From: Bacteroidales bacterium
Lineage (GTDB): Bacteria > Bacteroidota > Bacteroidia > Bacteroidales > VadinHA17
Reading direction: 5' to 3'
Assembly: GCA_963662685.1 (NCBI GenBank)
Contig: OY759745.1
Coordinates: forward strand, 2,777,236-2,841,235
DNA length: 64,000 bases
The translations under genes were made by a program, and so were the position numbers. Below the pieces are notes generated by a model, which did not search any database, was not told where the DNA came from, and worked only from the letters and a program-made list of their open reading frames with translations. Positions 30,621 through 39,892 of this stretch are shown in pieces (the stretch's first letter is position 1; each line of letters begins with the position of its first letter).

Positions 30621-31310
30621 TTATTCATCCATATTATCGCGAAAGAGATCCGGACGTATCTTTTGGGTCCGTTCAAGCGATTGTTCATGTCTCCATTTCT
30701 CTATTTGGGGAGTATTGCCAGATAACAGAATGTCAGGAACCTTCCATTCATTGAACACAGCCGGTCTTGTATATACCGGCGGTGCCAGAAGATCATCCTG
30801 AAACGAATCTGAAAGAGCGGATTGCTCATCAGAGATCGCACCGGGCAGAAGACGGACAATGGCATCTGTTATTATTGCCGCGGGCATTTCTCCTCCAGAC
30901 AGTACATAATCGCCTACTGAGATCTCCTTTGTTACCAAATGGTCCCTTATCCTTTGATCAATTCCCTTATAATGTCCCGCCAGTATGATTATGTTTTCAT
31001 AAAGGGAGAGGCGGTTCGCCATTTTCTGGTCAAATCGCTCACCATCAGGAGATGTGTATATTATCTCATCATACTCTCTCTCATTTTTTAATTTATTGAT
31101 AGCCTTAAAAACAGGTTCAACCATCATCACCATACCTGCACCACCGCCAAATGCGTAATCGTCCACAGTTTTATGCCTGTCATTAGTAAAATCCCTGATA
31201 TTTATCACATTGATATCTACCAGACCTTTGTCTCTCGCTCTTTTTACAATAGAATAGTTTAAAGGACTTTCCAACAGATCAGGAACCACTGTTAATATAT
31301 CAATTCTCAT
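30621..31310 (-). CDS. trmD: tRNA (guanine37-N1)-methyltransferase
   Basis: 229 aa with [19 protein letters not shown] and [12 protein letters not shown] motifs. Confidence 0.92.
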   Translation of the reverse strand: MRIDILTVVPDLLESPLNYSIVKRARDKGLVDINVINIRDFTNDRHKTVDDYAFGGGAGMVMMVEPVFKAINKLKNEREYDEIIYTSPDGERFDQKMANRLSLYENIIILAGHYKGIDQRIRDHLVTKEISVGDYVLSGGEMPAAIITDAIVRLLPGAISDEQSALSDSFQDDLLAPPVYTRPAVFNEWKVPDILLSGNTPQIEKWRHEQSLERTQKIRPDLFRDNMDE

Positions 31311-31520
31311 TGGTGGTATTTTTTTACTCGTTTCAAAAATACAAATGTCTATCTTTGTTTAAGCAGAATATTGCTTAATTTTTAGTTGACTTATGAACCT
31401 CGAAGGATCCGGCAAAGCTAAATCGCGACATATGCCGCACTCGCATAAAACTGATTGGTTCTTGTTTTTTGTAAGTTCCGAATAATAAATTTCATGTTAG
31501 TTCCTTAAATTACCTGAAGA

Positions 31521-31994
31521 ATGGACAAAAAAGAATTTTCCCTGGATACGAACAACTCTAACAAATTTCTCCGGGTCAGTGCGATAATTTTTGGAATTAT
31601 GTGCATTGCCTTAGCTATAATCTGGCTTGTAATTAATCTAAACAAAGGACTTGTTGCCAAAGAATCCGTATATCCCATAGTCTTTATAATTCTGTTCGGG
31701 ATTTACCAGGTTTCTTTCGGTCTCGGTAAAACCAGTAAATACATAAATATAGGTACCGACGGCATTCAGTGCAAGCAACATTCAATTTTGCCGGCAAAAC
31801 ACATATCTCCTTCCGGGCTTGATAAAATAGAGATATTTCCTCTTAGCGTCCATTTTCACGGAAAAAACTCTAAAAAGTTCATATTCAGGTTTGGAACCAG
31901 CTATCGTGAAATCATCGAGCCCGTGAAATCAGCGCTGGCCGATTTTGCGGAATCAAATGGAATAGAAGTTGAATACGGGATTGAGGAGATATGA
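31521..31994 (+). CDS. Small membrane protein: two TM helices plus a PH-like soluble domain (hypothetical)
   Basis: 157 aa. The architecture and the segment VHFHGKNSKKFIFRFGT resemble the two paralogs at 37403..38422. Confidence 0.5.
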   Translation: MDKKEFSLDTNNSNKFLRVSAIIFGIMCIALAIIWLVINLNKGLVAKESVYPIVFIILFGIYQVSFGLGKTSKYINIGTDGIQCKQHSILPAKHISPSGLDKIEIFPLSVHFHGKNSKKFIFRFGTSYREIIEPVKSALADFAESNGIEVEYGIEEI

Positions 31995-32005
31995 TCATCT
32001 TCTTT

Positions 32006-33307
32006 CTAGTATTTTCTTTTATCGATTACCCTCTTGGCTTTACCCTCGCTACGGGCAAGCGTCTTTGGTTCAACCAACGTCACTTTAAAGCCTAGGCCTG
32101 TCGCACTATGCAGATTATCCGACAATTTATTCTTTATTTCCTGGAGCTGACTGATTTTATCCTGAAAGAATTCCTCCTCAACCTCAACCTGCAGTTCAAT
32201 GGTATCCAGATTATTTATTCTGTCAACAATTATAAGATAATGTGGTTTTATTCCGCTCATCTCCAGAAGAACTGTCTCTATCTGCGATGGGAAGAGGTTC
32301 ACACCTCTTATTATCAACATATCGTCACTTCTTCCCAGTGATTTCTCCATTCTCACCAGTGTCCTGCCGCACTCACATTTTTCATATATTAGCCTGGAGA
32401 GGTCATGAGTTCTGTACCTGATCAAAGGAAGTCCTTGTTTGGTAATAGTCGTGAAAACCAATTCTCCAGTCGAGCCTTCAGGAAGTACCTCTCCGCTTTC
32501 AGGATCAATTATTTCAGGATAAAAATGATCTTCGTTAATATGAAGGCCGCACTGCCGTTCGCATTCAGAAGCCACCCCAGGACCTATTATCTCGCTCAAA
32601 CCGTAAATATCGATAGCCTTTATTCCCAATTTATCCTCTATCTCTTTTCTCATGTTTTCCGTCCACGGCTCAGCGCCAAAGACTCCGGCCTTGATCTTCA
32701 GCTCTTCGCGTTTTATACCACTCTCTTCCAGGGCCTCCGCTAGAAACAGGGCATAAGATGGAGTACACGCCAGAATCGTTGTACCAAAGTCTTTCATCAG
32801 TTGAATCTGCCGGTTTGTATTTCCTCCGGAGATAGGAATCACAGATGCCCCTATCTTTTCTCCTCCATAATGAAGTCCCAGACCACCGGTGAACAGACCG
32901 TAACCGTACGCAACCTGTATATAATCATGGTTTCCGGCACCCGCTGCGGTAAGGGTACGGGCTACCACCTCGGACCATATAGAAAGATCTGTTCTAGTAT
33001 ACCCAACTACTGTGGGTTTTCCCGTTGTTCCCGACGAAGCGTGAACCCTGATTATCTCGCTCATGGGGACAGCAAACAGACCAAACGGATAATTATCTCG
33101 AAGATCCGACTTGTTAGTGAAAGGAAGTTTCGCTATGTCGTCTATAGTGTTAATATTCTCAGGTCCTAATCCCGCTTCCTGCATTTTATGCCTGTAATAA
33201 GGAACATTGAAATATACCCTCTCAACTGTCTCCCTTAACCTCTCGCCTTGAACACGCCTCATATATTCCCTGGGCATACATTCAAAGTGACTGTTCCAGA
33301 TTGCCAT
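32006..33307 (-). CDS. paaK: Phenylacetate--CoA ligase family adenylate-forming enzyme
   Basis: 433 aa with [30 protein letters not shown] and [10 protein letters not shown]. The symbol denotes the family; the substrate is not established. Confidence 0.85.
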   Translation of the reverse strand: MAIWNSHFECMPREYMRRVQGERLRETVERVYFNVPYYRHKMQEAGLGPENINTIDDIAKLPFTNKSDLRDNYPFGLFAVPMSEIIRVHASSGTTGKPTVVGYTRTDLSIWSEVVARTLTAAGAGNHDYIQVAYGYGLFTGGLGLHYGGEKIGASVIPISGGNTNRQIQLMKDFGTTILACTPSYALFLAEALEESGIKREELKIKAGVFGAEPWTENMRKEIEDKLGIKAIDIYGLSEIIGPGVASECERQCGLHINEDHFYPEIIDPESGEVLPEGSTGELVFTTITKQGLPLIRYRTHDLSRLIYEKCECGRTLVRMEKSLGRSDDMLIIRGVNLFPSQIETVLLEMSGIKPHYLIIVDRINNLDTIELQVEVEEEFFQDKISQLQEIKNKLSDNLHSATGLGFKVTLVEPKTLARSEGKAKRVIDKRKY

Positions 33308-33337
33308 AATAATTATCTAAGGTTTATGTTAATAGTA

Positions 33338-33763
33338 CTAAATATTATAAATTTCATTCGCTTTGATCAATCCGATATTCTTTTTCGCCAGAGCCTTAAG
33401 GGCTTTATCGTTATCGTCGCATTGAAGGATGATAACTGAATCCCCGTCTTTTTTGAAGGCGTAAGTATATTCTACACTGATGTCGATATCAGATAGAATA
33501 CCAAGAATATCAGAATAATACCTGGCTTCGCTGTTCGTCCGGACAGCAATGACATCAGTGATGTTTGCTGAAAAAGAGTGCTCTTTCAGAAGTATCCTCG
33601 CCCTATCCGGATCAGATACTATCATCCGCAATATCCCGAAGTCGGATGTATCGGCTACACTCAAAGCAATTATTTTAATATTTTCACTTCCCAGTACATG
33701 CAATGCCTTAGCCAATCGCCCCGACCTGTTTTCCAAAAAAACCGACAGTTGATGGATTATCAT
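33338..33763 (-). CDS. ACT-domain protein (tandem ACT)
   Basis: 141 aa starting MIIHQLSVFLENRSGRLA. This is the typical partner of PaaK-family ligases in anaerobes. Confidence 0.75.
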   Translation of the reverse strand: MIIHQLSVFLENRSGRLAKALHVLGSENIKIIALSVADTSDFGILRMIVSDPDRARILLKEHSFSANITDVIAVRTNSEARYYSDILGILSDIDISVEYTYAFKKDGDSVIILQCDDNDKALKALAKKNIGLIKANEIYNI

Positions 33764-33858
33764 ATCTATAATTTTTAATTATTAATTAGTTACAAATCTA
33801 ACAAATAGCTAAAGAGATTGAAACAGTTCATATAAATTATTATTGCCAATACTGACGG

Positions 33859-35184
33859 TTACCTGGGATTATTTTCGGCAAATATCCGCAATCTCTCCTC
33901 CAAAACAGGCAATTGGTCTCTTTGTACGAATGATACGCATGCCCTTAATCCTTCCCTGTTTTCGCTTCCGGTTATATCCAATGCTATCGCGCTTATCCCA
34001 TAATATAGAAATTCTCTCAGCAACTCTCCGCTGAGCATGCCCGGATAAGCTACAGTGAAATAAAAACCATCAGCCAACGGAAGATCCTCATCCTTGTCGT
34101 ATACAATCTCAAACCCGTTCTCAAGAAAAAGCCTTTTCATAATTTTCGCTTTTTCCCCGTACTCCTTTATTGAACTAACAAAATCGTATTCTCCGTCGTT
34201 AACGGCTTTCAGCATGGCGGCCAGTGCGAACTGCGATGAGTGCGATGTCCCGGAAGAAATACCGTAGAGAGCTCCATAAACAAGGTAATGCCCGAATTCA
34301 TCCGACGAGAATCGCAGCTTCAGATCAGGATACCTTCTATGGTACAAAGAATCGCTTACAGCAACAAACGCTATTCTCTGTCCCGCATAACTGAATATTT
34401 TTGAGGCTGATATCATCAACAGGTAATTGTTGGTATACTTAGCGACAGTTGGCTGAAAAGGTGGTTCTCCAGGCACAGAATAGTCTTTTCTGAAATCCAT
34501 GGCGAAATATGCCAGGTCCTCGATAACTATAACATCATGTTTGGTGGCTTCTTCCCCAATTATCCTCAGTTCTTTATCCGTAAAACAGACCCACGATGGG
34601 TTATTGGGAGATGAATAGACTATAGCGGCGATGTTTCCCTCATCAAGATAAGACTCCAACTTTTCTCTTAGCTTATCGCCCCTGAATCTGTAAACATCAA
34701 AAGTCTTGAACGGAATACCCAACAGCGAAAGCTGCTGCTTCTGAACAGGAAATCCCGGATCAATAAAAAGAATTGTATTCCGTTTTTTGTCGCGGAAACC
34801 CGCAGTCATGAAAGCGGCGAGACCTCCTTGCATCGAACCAACAGTCGGCACACAACACTGTGGATTAATATCTATATCCATCATCAGCTTCACAAATCTG
34901 GATGCCTCCTTTTTGACCTGTGGTATTCCTTCTATATTTGGATATATTGAGGCTACGCCATCTTTTAATGCCCTGATCTCGGCATCTACCCCGATCTTTG
35001 TAGCAGGGAGGCCTGGAACTCCCATCTCCATATGAATAAACTTTTTGCCCGAACGGGTCTCAATATCACTTACCAGTTTGCCCATTTCCCGTATAGATGC
35101 TTTTGACAGATCCGCCAATCCACTTTTAGCGGACTCCTCGTCAACTATTCCAGCAGGAACAGGTATTTTCTCTTCCATCATCAT
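33859..35184 (-). CDS. Class I/II PLP-dependent aminotransferase
   Basis: 441 aa with SSPNNPSW, VIEDLAYF and the lysine region ISASKIFSYAGQR. Confidence 0.82.
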   Translation of the reverse strand: MMMEEKIPVPAGIVDEESAKSGLADLSKASIREMGKLVSDIETRSGKKFIHMEMGVPGLPATKIGVDAEIRALKDGVASIYPNIEGIPQVKKEASRFVKLMMDIDINPQCCVPTVGSMQGGLAAFMTAGFRDKKRNTILFIDPGFPVQKQQLSLLGIPFKTFDVYRFRGDKLREKLESYLDEGNIAAIVYSSPNNPSWVCFTDKELRIIGEEATKHDVIVIEDLAYFAMDFRKDYSVPGEPPFQPTVAKYTNNYLLMISASKIFSYAGQRIAFVAVSDSLYHRRYPDLKLRFSSDEFGHYLVYGALYGISSGTSHSSQFALAAMLKAVNDGEYDFVSSIKEYGEKAKIMKRLFLENGFEIVYDKDEDLPLADGFYFTVAYPGMLSGELLREFLYYGISAIALDITGSENREGLRACVSFVQRDQLPVLEERLRIFAENNPR

Positions 35185-35616
35185 ATCAAATTAATTCCGG
35201 ACAAAAATACGTTAATAATCGGATTAGCCCTTTAGAATTGGGCAAGATTTTGGCTTTCGCTAGAATCCGTAACGACCATATATGCATATTTCCGGTTAGA
35301 TTTGATATTTACAGATGAACCCGGCTTAGACATTTTTCATGGCACGTTTGAATGACAGTACAGACAGGACAAAAGATATTAAGGTATAACTCTAGACGAT
35401 GTAAGAACCTTGCTATAGGTCAGTTTTCTGTCCTAATGGAGTTTCTTTCCATCTTCTGTTCAACTGCGTACCTTTCACCATACCCATCATCCAGTGAATA
35501 CAGTTATCAATATGAGTTTTCACCTGCATATTTTTTCTAAAAGTCCGTTACAGCTTGCCCCGATAAAATAATCATGCTTATGTTTGTTAAATCACAATTA
35601 TTCTACGTTTATTATG

Positions 35617-37029
35617 TTACAGGTTGTTGATCCAATCGGCAATAATCTTAAGCACTTCACCGGAGAAGGTCTCTTCAATTGAGCCGTATTCATTAGGATT
35701 TCCTGTCTCAGTATGCTGGAACAGGTGGTTCAATCCGGGCAGTTCCAGGCTCTCTACACCCTCGTTCCCTCCGCTTTTCACGGCATTTACTATTGCCGGC
35801 AGATTTTCATCGGCAGCAACCTGCAAATCCTTATCGCCGTTCAGAGCCAGAACAGGACATTTTACCTGGCTCCAATAGTCTTCCGGATTTGCCTGGAAGA
35901 AAAACCTCAACCATGCGATAGCATCAGGAGTAAGAGACGACATAGTACCTTTAACCTGGATATCTACCAGCTTTTTGAATATCAATCTTCTTGTAAGATA
36001 ATCCCTCAATAGCTCTTCAGCCTTGGCTGAAGCTGTCTCATTATCGGGCTCATTCAGTATAATATCATATATCTTACGGTTTAACTCCATGGATTTCTTT
36101 ATCTTTCTCTCTTTCATGCCTGCTATGCGACTTATATCCTCTCCCTGACGGATAATAAGATCCAGACCGTTGACTCCCGGTCCGGCCAACGAGACGATAA
36201 ACGCGACATCCTCATTCGCTGAAGCCACAATTGGAGCTATCAATCCACCTTCACTATGCCCGATAAGGCCAATACTAAGAGAATCTATTCCGGGAACCGA
36301 CTTAAGATACCTGAACGCCGCTTCAACATCAGTAGCCAGATCCTCTGAAGTAGCTGAGGTATAATATCCCTCAGATTCCCCTACCCCGCGATCATCGTAC
36401 CTAAGAACAGCTATACCGTTCCTGGTAAGGTAGTCCGCAATAACAAAAAAGGGTTTATGTCCCATCAGTACCTCGTTCCTGTTCTGAGGTCCCGATCCGG
36501 TTATCATTATTACAGCCTTAAACGGCCCATTACCCTCAGGTATGGAAAGAGTACCCGCAAGGTCAATGTCATAAATTTCGTTATGAAAAGTAACTTCTTC
36601 TGTCCTGTAAGGAAAGGGCTCAACAGGTTCCTGTGGTTTTCTGTAATCCAGTACCTCCGCATTTTTTACTACAACTAACGGAAAAGAAGATCCGCCCTGA
36701 CTCCAGTTTCCTTCTATCAGGGTATCGTTGATAATCTTACCCGAAAATTCTCCGGAAATAGTGTTTACAGGGATTACAATTTCATTTCCTGTTACCGTTA
36801 CCGGTCCTGCCGGAATACCATATGCTCCCTGATCGGGACTGTCCAGCGTCGCTGTTAACGAATCCCCGGCGATGTCTGACAGATTAATTACTAATCTGAG
36901 GGACTGAAGTCCCAGATCCAGGGTACCTAACCAACTTCCCTGCAGACTTACAGGTTCTTGCTGATCATTTTTACATGCCGTTATCGTTACGAATAGTACG
37001 GCGACCAACAGGGTGAGTGTTTTTTTCAT
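35617..37029 (-). CDS. Alpha/beta-hydrolase lipoprotein (serine hydrolase)
   Basis: The preferred start at 37029 (MKKTLTLLVAVLFVTITAC) gives a lipobox. Nucleophile elbow is GLIGHSEGG. Confidence 0.78.
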   Translation of the reverse strand: MKKTLTLLVAVLFVTITACKNDQQEPVSLQGSWLGTLDLGLQSLRLVINLSDIAGDSLTATLDSPDQGAYGIPAGPVTVTGNEIVIPVNTISGEFSGKIINDTLIEGNWSQGGSSFPLVVVKNAEVLDYRKPQEPVEPFPYRTEEVTFHNEIYDIDLAGTLSIPEGNGPFKAVIMITGSGPQNRNEVLMGHKPFFVIADYLTRNGIAVLRYDDRGVGESEGYYTSATSEDLATDVEAAFRYLKSVPGIDSLSIGLIGHSEGGLIAPIVASANEDVAFIVSLAGPGVNGLDLIIRQGEDISRIAGMKERKIKKSMELNRKIYDIILNEPDNETASAKAEELLRDYLTRRLIFKKLVDIQVKGTMSSLTPDAIAWLRFFFQANPEDYWSQVKCPVLALNGDKDLQVAADENLPAIVNAVKSGGNEGVESLELPGLNHLFQHTETGNPNEYGSIEETFSGEVLKIIADWINNL

Positions 37030-37102
37030 TGTCTTATATTGTTTGATTGAATTGTTGTCACTATTTATTCGATAGTATAAATCCAACTATTATGAATATC
37101 TC

Positions 37103-37303
37103 TTATTCATTCTCCTTATCTCCGGATCCATCCCGTATCCTTCCTTTTTTCAGCCTGCCGCTCTTTTTGAGGGCCTCAGAAATTATATATTGAAGCTGCC
37201 CGTTGGTGCTCCGGAATTCATCGGCGGCCCATTTTTCAATGGCGCTCATTGTCTCCGCATCAACCCTGAGGACAAAACTCTTTATCGTATCTTTTTTTGC
37301 CAT
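37103..37303 (-). CDS. Arc/MetJ-type ribbon-helix-helix DNA-binding protein
   Basis: 66 aa. KSFVLRVDAETMSAIEKWAADEFRSTNGQLQYIISEALKK shows a beta-strand then two helices, the RHH pattern. Confidence 0.65.
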   Translation of the reverse strand: MAKKDTIKSFVLRVDAETMSAIEKWAADEFRSTNGQLQYIISEALKKSGRLKKGRIRDGSGDKENE

Positions 37304-37402
37304 TTTACTAGATTAATCGTTTTACTTTTAACGCGTTTACAGCGCTGCTCTTACAATTTATCCTTCATCTAACATCTGGAAAATCATAATAATATTACCG
37401 GT

Positions 37403-37864
37403 TTATTTATGTTTACCGGCTAAATAAAACGCAACCTCCTCACATATCTCAACAGGATATCTTGTTTCAAGTTGCAAAACCGAATCTTTTTCAAAAAACT
37501 GGATTTCAACAGCCTTAACCCCTAAATATTTATTTATAGCCATTTTTATCCTGGCTATAAAGCCATTTGAACCGACCCTGGGAGTATTTAACGGGACGCA
37601 TGCTTTTATTCCCTTCATTTCTATGGGGACTTTTATGACGCCTATTCCATATCTAAAAAGAATATGACTTTCATAAACCGTTATGGAAGTCTTATAGAAA
37701 AGTAATACAAAAACCGTGTTACTGATCAAAGTAACAACCGATAAAATGATTTTCAATGTCGCAGAAATTCTGAGATTAAACACTACTATCAGGGCAAGAG
37801 AGACTCCCAAAAGAATCTGGACAATAAAAATTATTCTGTAATATGTATACTCCCTTGGCTTCAT
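37403..37864 (-). CDS. Small membrane protein, two TM plus PH-like domain (hypothetical; paralog of 37952..38422)
   Basis: 153 aa. Shares YKTSITVYESHILFRYGIGVI with the neighbour's YKMTICVDDQYVWFRMGIGLI. Confidence 0.55.
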   Translation of the reverse strand: MKPREYTYYRIIFIVQILLGVSLALIVVFNLRISATLKIILSVVTLISNTVFVLLFYKTSITVYESHILFRYGIGVIKVPIEMKGIKACVPLNTPRVGSNGFIARIKMAINKYLGVKAVEIQFFEKDSVLQLETRYPVEICEEVAFYLAGKHK

Positions 37865-37951
37865 TTAATTTTTCCTTTTAAATACCGTTGAACAGCATAT
37901 GTCAATACTTTCATCCTTTCAACATGGCATGTTCTGTATCTCAAATTATTC

Positions 37952-38422
37952 TCAATAATAAACCGCTTTTTTGCTTTTGATTCCGGCAATAGCGTTGTTA
38001 ATGGTTTCACTAAGCTCTTCAGGCCGGTTAGTACCTAACCTTATTATCTTATTTGTCCCGTGAAACTTCAATTCAACAGCTTTAAAACCGGAGATGCTGT
38101 ACATATTTCCATGTCTGATTTTCCTGACACCGGAAGAATGGATTCTGACAACCCGGCAATCAGATATATCCGCGAGCTCAAAACTCTTTCCTATCAGGCC
38201 GATGCCCATTCTGAACCACACATATTGATCATCGACACAAATAGTCATTTTATAACTCATGAGTATAACTGCTATGAGAGAGATTATTACAACAACAATC
38301 GGTATAATTCCTTCCCCGGGTATCGTATTATTAGATATAACAGCGACAATCATTCCGATTACGCCGGCCAGTGATCCTATTATTACCGGATAACCATACT
38401 GAGTGAATACCTTTGTTTCCAT
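37952..38422 (-). CDS. Small membrane protein, two TM plus PH-like domain (hypothetical)
   Basis: 156 aa, tandem paralog of 37403..37864. Confidence 0.55.
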   Translation of the reverse strand: METKVFTQYGYPVIIGSLAGVIGMIVAVISNNTIPGEGIIPIVVVIISLIAVILMSYKMTICVDDQYVWFRMGIGLIGKSFELADISDCRVVRIHSSGVRKIRHGNMYSISGFKAVELKFHGTNKIIRLGTNRPEELSETINNAIAGIKSKKAVYY

Positions 38423-38505
38423 TCAAATCATTTTATTGATATTGTATGCCTTGGGGACCCGCTATCGCAAATTTAAGAAATAGCGGGCCCTGTGGCATGT
38501 TTGTA

Positions 38506-39465
38506 TCAATGGTTTAACGTTCCTGCGTTCACAATAGGTTGTGCCGCTTCATCAGCGCACAGAACTACAAGGAGGTTACTTACCATAGCGGCCTTCTTCT
38601 CCTCGTCAAGATCAACTACATCTTCATCCTTCAGTTTATCTAACGCCATTTTTACCATGGAAACAGCGCCCTCGACTATCTTCTCGCGAGCGGCGATGAT
38701 GGCTGAAGCCTGCTGGCGACGCAACATAACCGCGGCGATCTCCGGAGCATAAGCCAGATAATTAAGTCTGGCCTCTATAACCTCCATTCCAGCCATTTCA
38801 AGTCGTTCTCCCAGTTGTTTTTCCAATTGGTTGTTAATCTCTTCTCCTCCACCGCGAAGAGTGAGTTCGTTACCATCCACATCATTGTCGTCGTACGCAT
38901 ACTGACCGGCGACCTGCCGGAGAGCGGCGTCACTCTGGATCATAACGAATTTCTCGAACGCTCTCATCCTGTTAGCTACCGCCACACCGGGTATGCCAGA
39001 GCCCGAACCTCCACCCGTTGCCATTGTCTGCGCATCTATCTCAAACATCGCCTTGTATGTGTCTTTAAGCCGCCATACCAGAACCAGTCCTATCAGGACA
39101 GGGTTACCAATCTTATCATTCACCTTTATTGGTTCAACGTCGAGGTTCCTGGCTCTAAGAGACAATTTTTTCTTCGCGTAAAAAGGATTTACATAAAAGA
39201 AACCTGTCTCCCTAAAAGTACCCCTGTATTTTCCGAAAAACACCATTGCCCTGGCTTCATTAGGTTCAAGCATAAAATATCCTCCGAACATAACGGACCA
39301 TACCAGCACCAAAATCACGAACAGAACGATAGTCGTTACAACGGTTACCGGCAAAAGGTATTTGAGCAACGCGAAGCCTACCAAAGGCATCACTAACAGA
39401 TGAACAAACAGCATTACAAAACCGTTCATCTTAAATCCGCCAAAATTGATCTCTTGTGTTTTCAT
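38506..39465 (-). CDS. SPFH (band 7 / stomatin-prohibitin-flotillin-HflK/C) domain membrane protein
   Basis: 319 aa with N-terminal TM helices, then an SPFH-like core (EPNEARAMVFFGKYRGT...VNDKIGNPVLIGLVLVWRL) and a helical tail. Confidence 0.8.
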   Translation of the reverse strand: MKTQEINFGGFKMNGFVMLFVHLLVMPLVGFALLKYLLPVTVVTTIVLFVILVLVWSVMFGGYFMLEPNEARAMVFFGKYRGTFRETGFFYVNPFYAKKKLSLRARNLDVEPIKVNDKIGNPVLIGLVLVWRLKDTYKAMFEIDAQTMATGGGSGSGIPGVAVANRMRAFEKFVMIQSDAALRQVAGQYAYDDNDVDGNELTLRGGGEEINNQLEKQLGERLEMAGMEVIEARLNYLAYAPEIAAVMLRRQQASAIIAAREKIVEGAVSMVKMALDKLKDEDVVDLDEEKKAAMVSNLLVVLCADEAAQPIVNAGTLNH

Positions 39466-39574
39466 GTTTTAAAATATTAGTTAATTGTGTATTTGCGTTT
39501 CGTCTCCATTGAAATCATATAATCATATTTGGTAATACTATATAGCAAGCATTTACCTTCACAATAAATCATAA

Positions 39575-39593
39575 TGATATCATTTTGATATCA
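39575..39593. promoter_or_regulatory. Two copies of the palindromic octamer TGATATCA, 11 bp apart (candidate operator)
   Basis: TGATATCA-TTT-TGATATCA lies about 110-130 bp upstream of the SPFH gene start at 39465. Confidence 0.3.
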
Positions 39594-39770
39594 CAAATAT
39601 ATTTCATATTTTTTTATTATGTATGAATTTTCTAATATTTCTTTTAAAAAAATTATGAAGTAAAATCGCAAACCCCGAAAAAGGCTGCTTAAAAAACAAA
39701 TGTTTAACTTAGCAAATATGGCCTTTGGTATTGAAAATGGGAATCATTATACCTGTTATTATAAACTCAA

Positions 39771-39798
39771 GAGGCAGCCGTATCGCAACGGCCGCCTC
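39771..39798 (-). terminator. GC-rich hairpin downstream of the symporter gene (probable terminator)
   Basis: GAGGCAGCCG / CGGCCGCCTC forms a 10-bp stem (one mismatch) with an 8-nt loop. The T-rich tract on the minus strand is only moderate. Confidence 0.45.
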
Positions 39799-39892
39799 TC
39801 TCAGTTATATAAAAACCTACCTTGATTTATTTTGGTTCTTTAGACCCAATTATCAAGTCGATATAACAATAACGGGCAACAACCTCCATTTA

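Noticed and set aside
31350-31383. TATCTTTG -7-like motif immediately followed by the hairpin TTAAGCA-GAATAT-TGCTTAA and TTTTT (a possible tiny transcript or attenuator upstream of 31521)
   Set aside because: The stem is only 7 bp and AT-rich, in an AT-rich divergent intergenic region. The motif and hairpin could easily be coincidental, and there is no supporting coding or structural signal.
35185-35616. 432-bp non-coding spacer between the aminotransferase and hydrolase genes, containing the listed 62-aa plus ORF and a 38-codon minus ORF (MQVKTHIDNCIHWMMGMVKG...)
   Set aside because: Neither ORF has a recognisable motif or a sensible start context, and I found no repeats, hairpins or gene-remnant signal. 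The spacer remains unexplained but there is nothing positive to report. An Rfam scan and comparative alignment would be the check.
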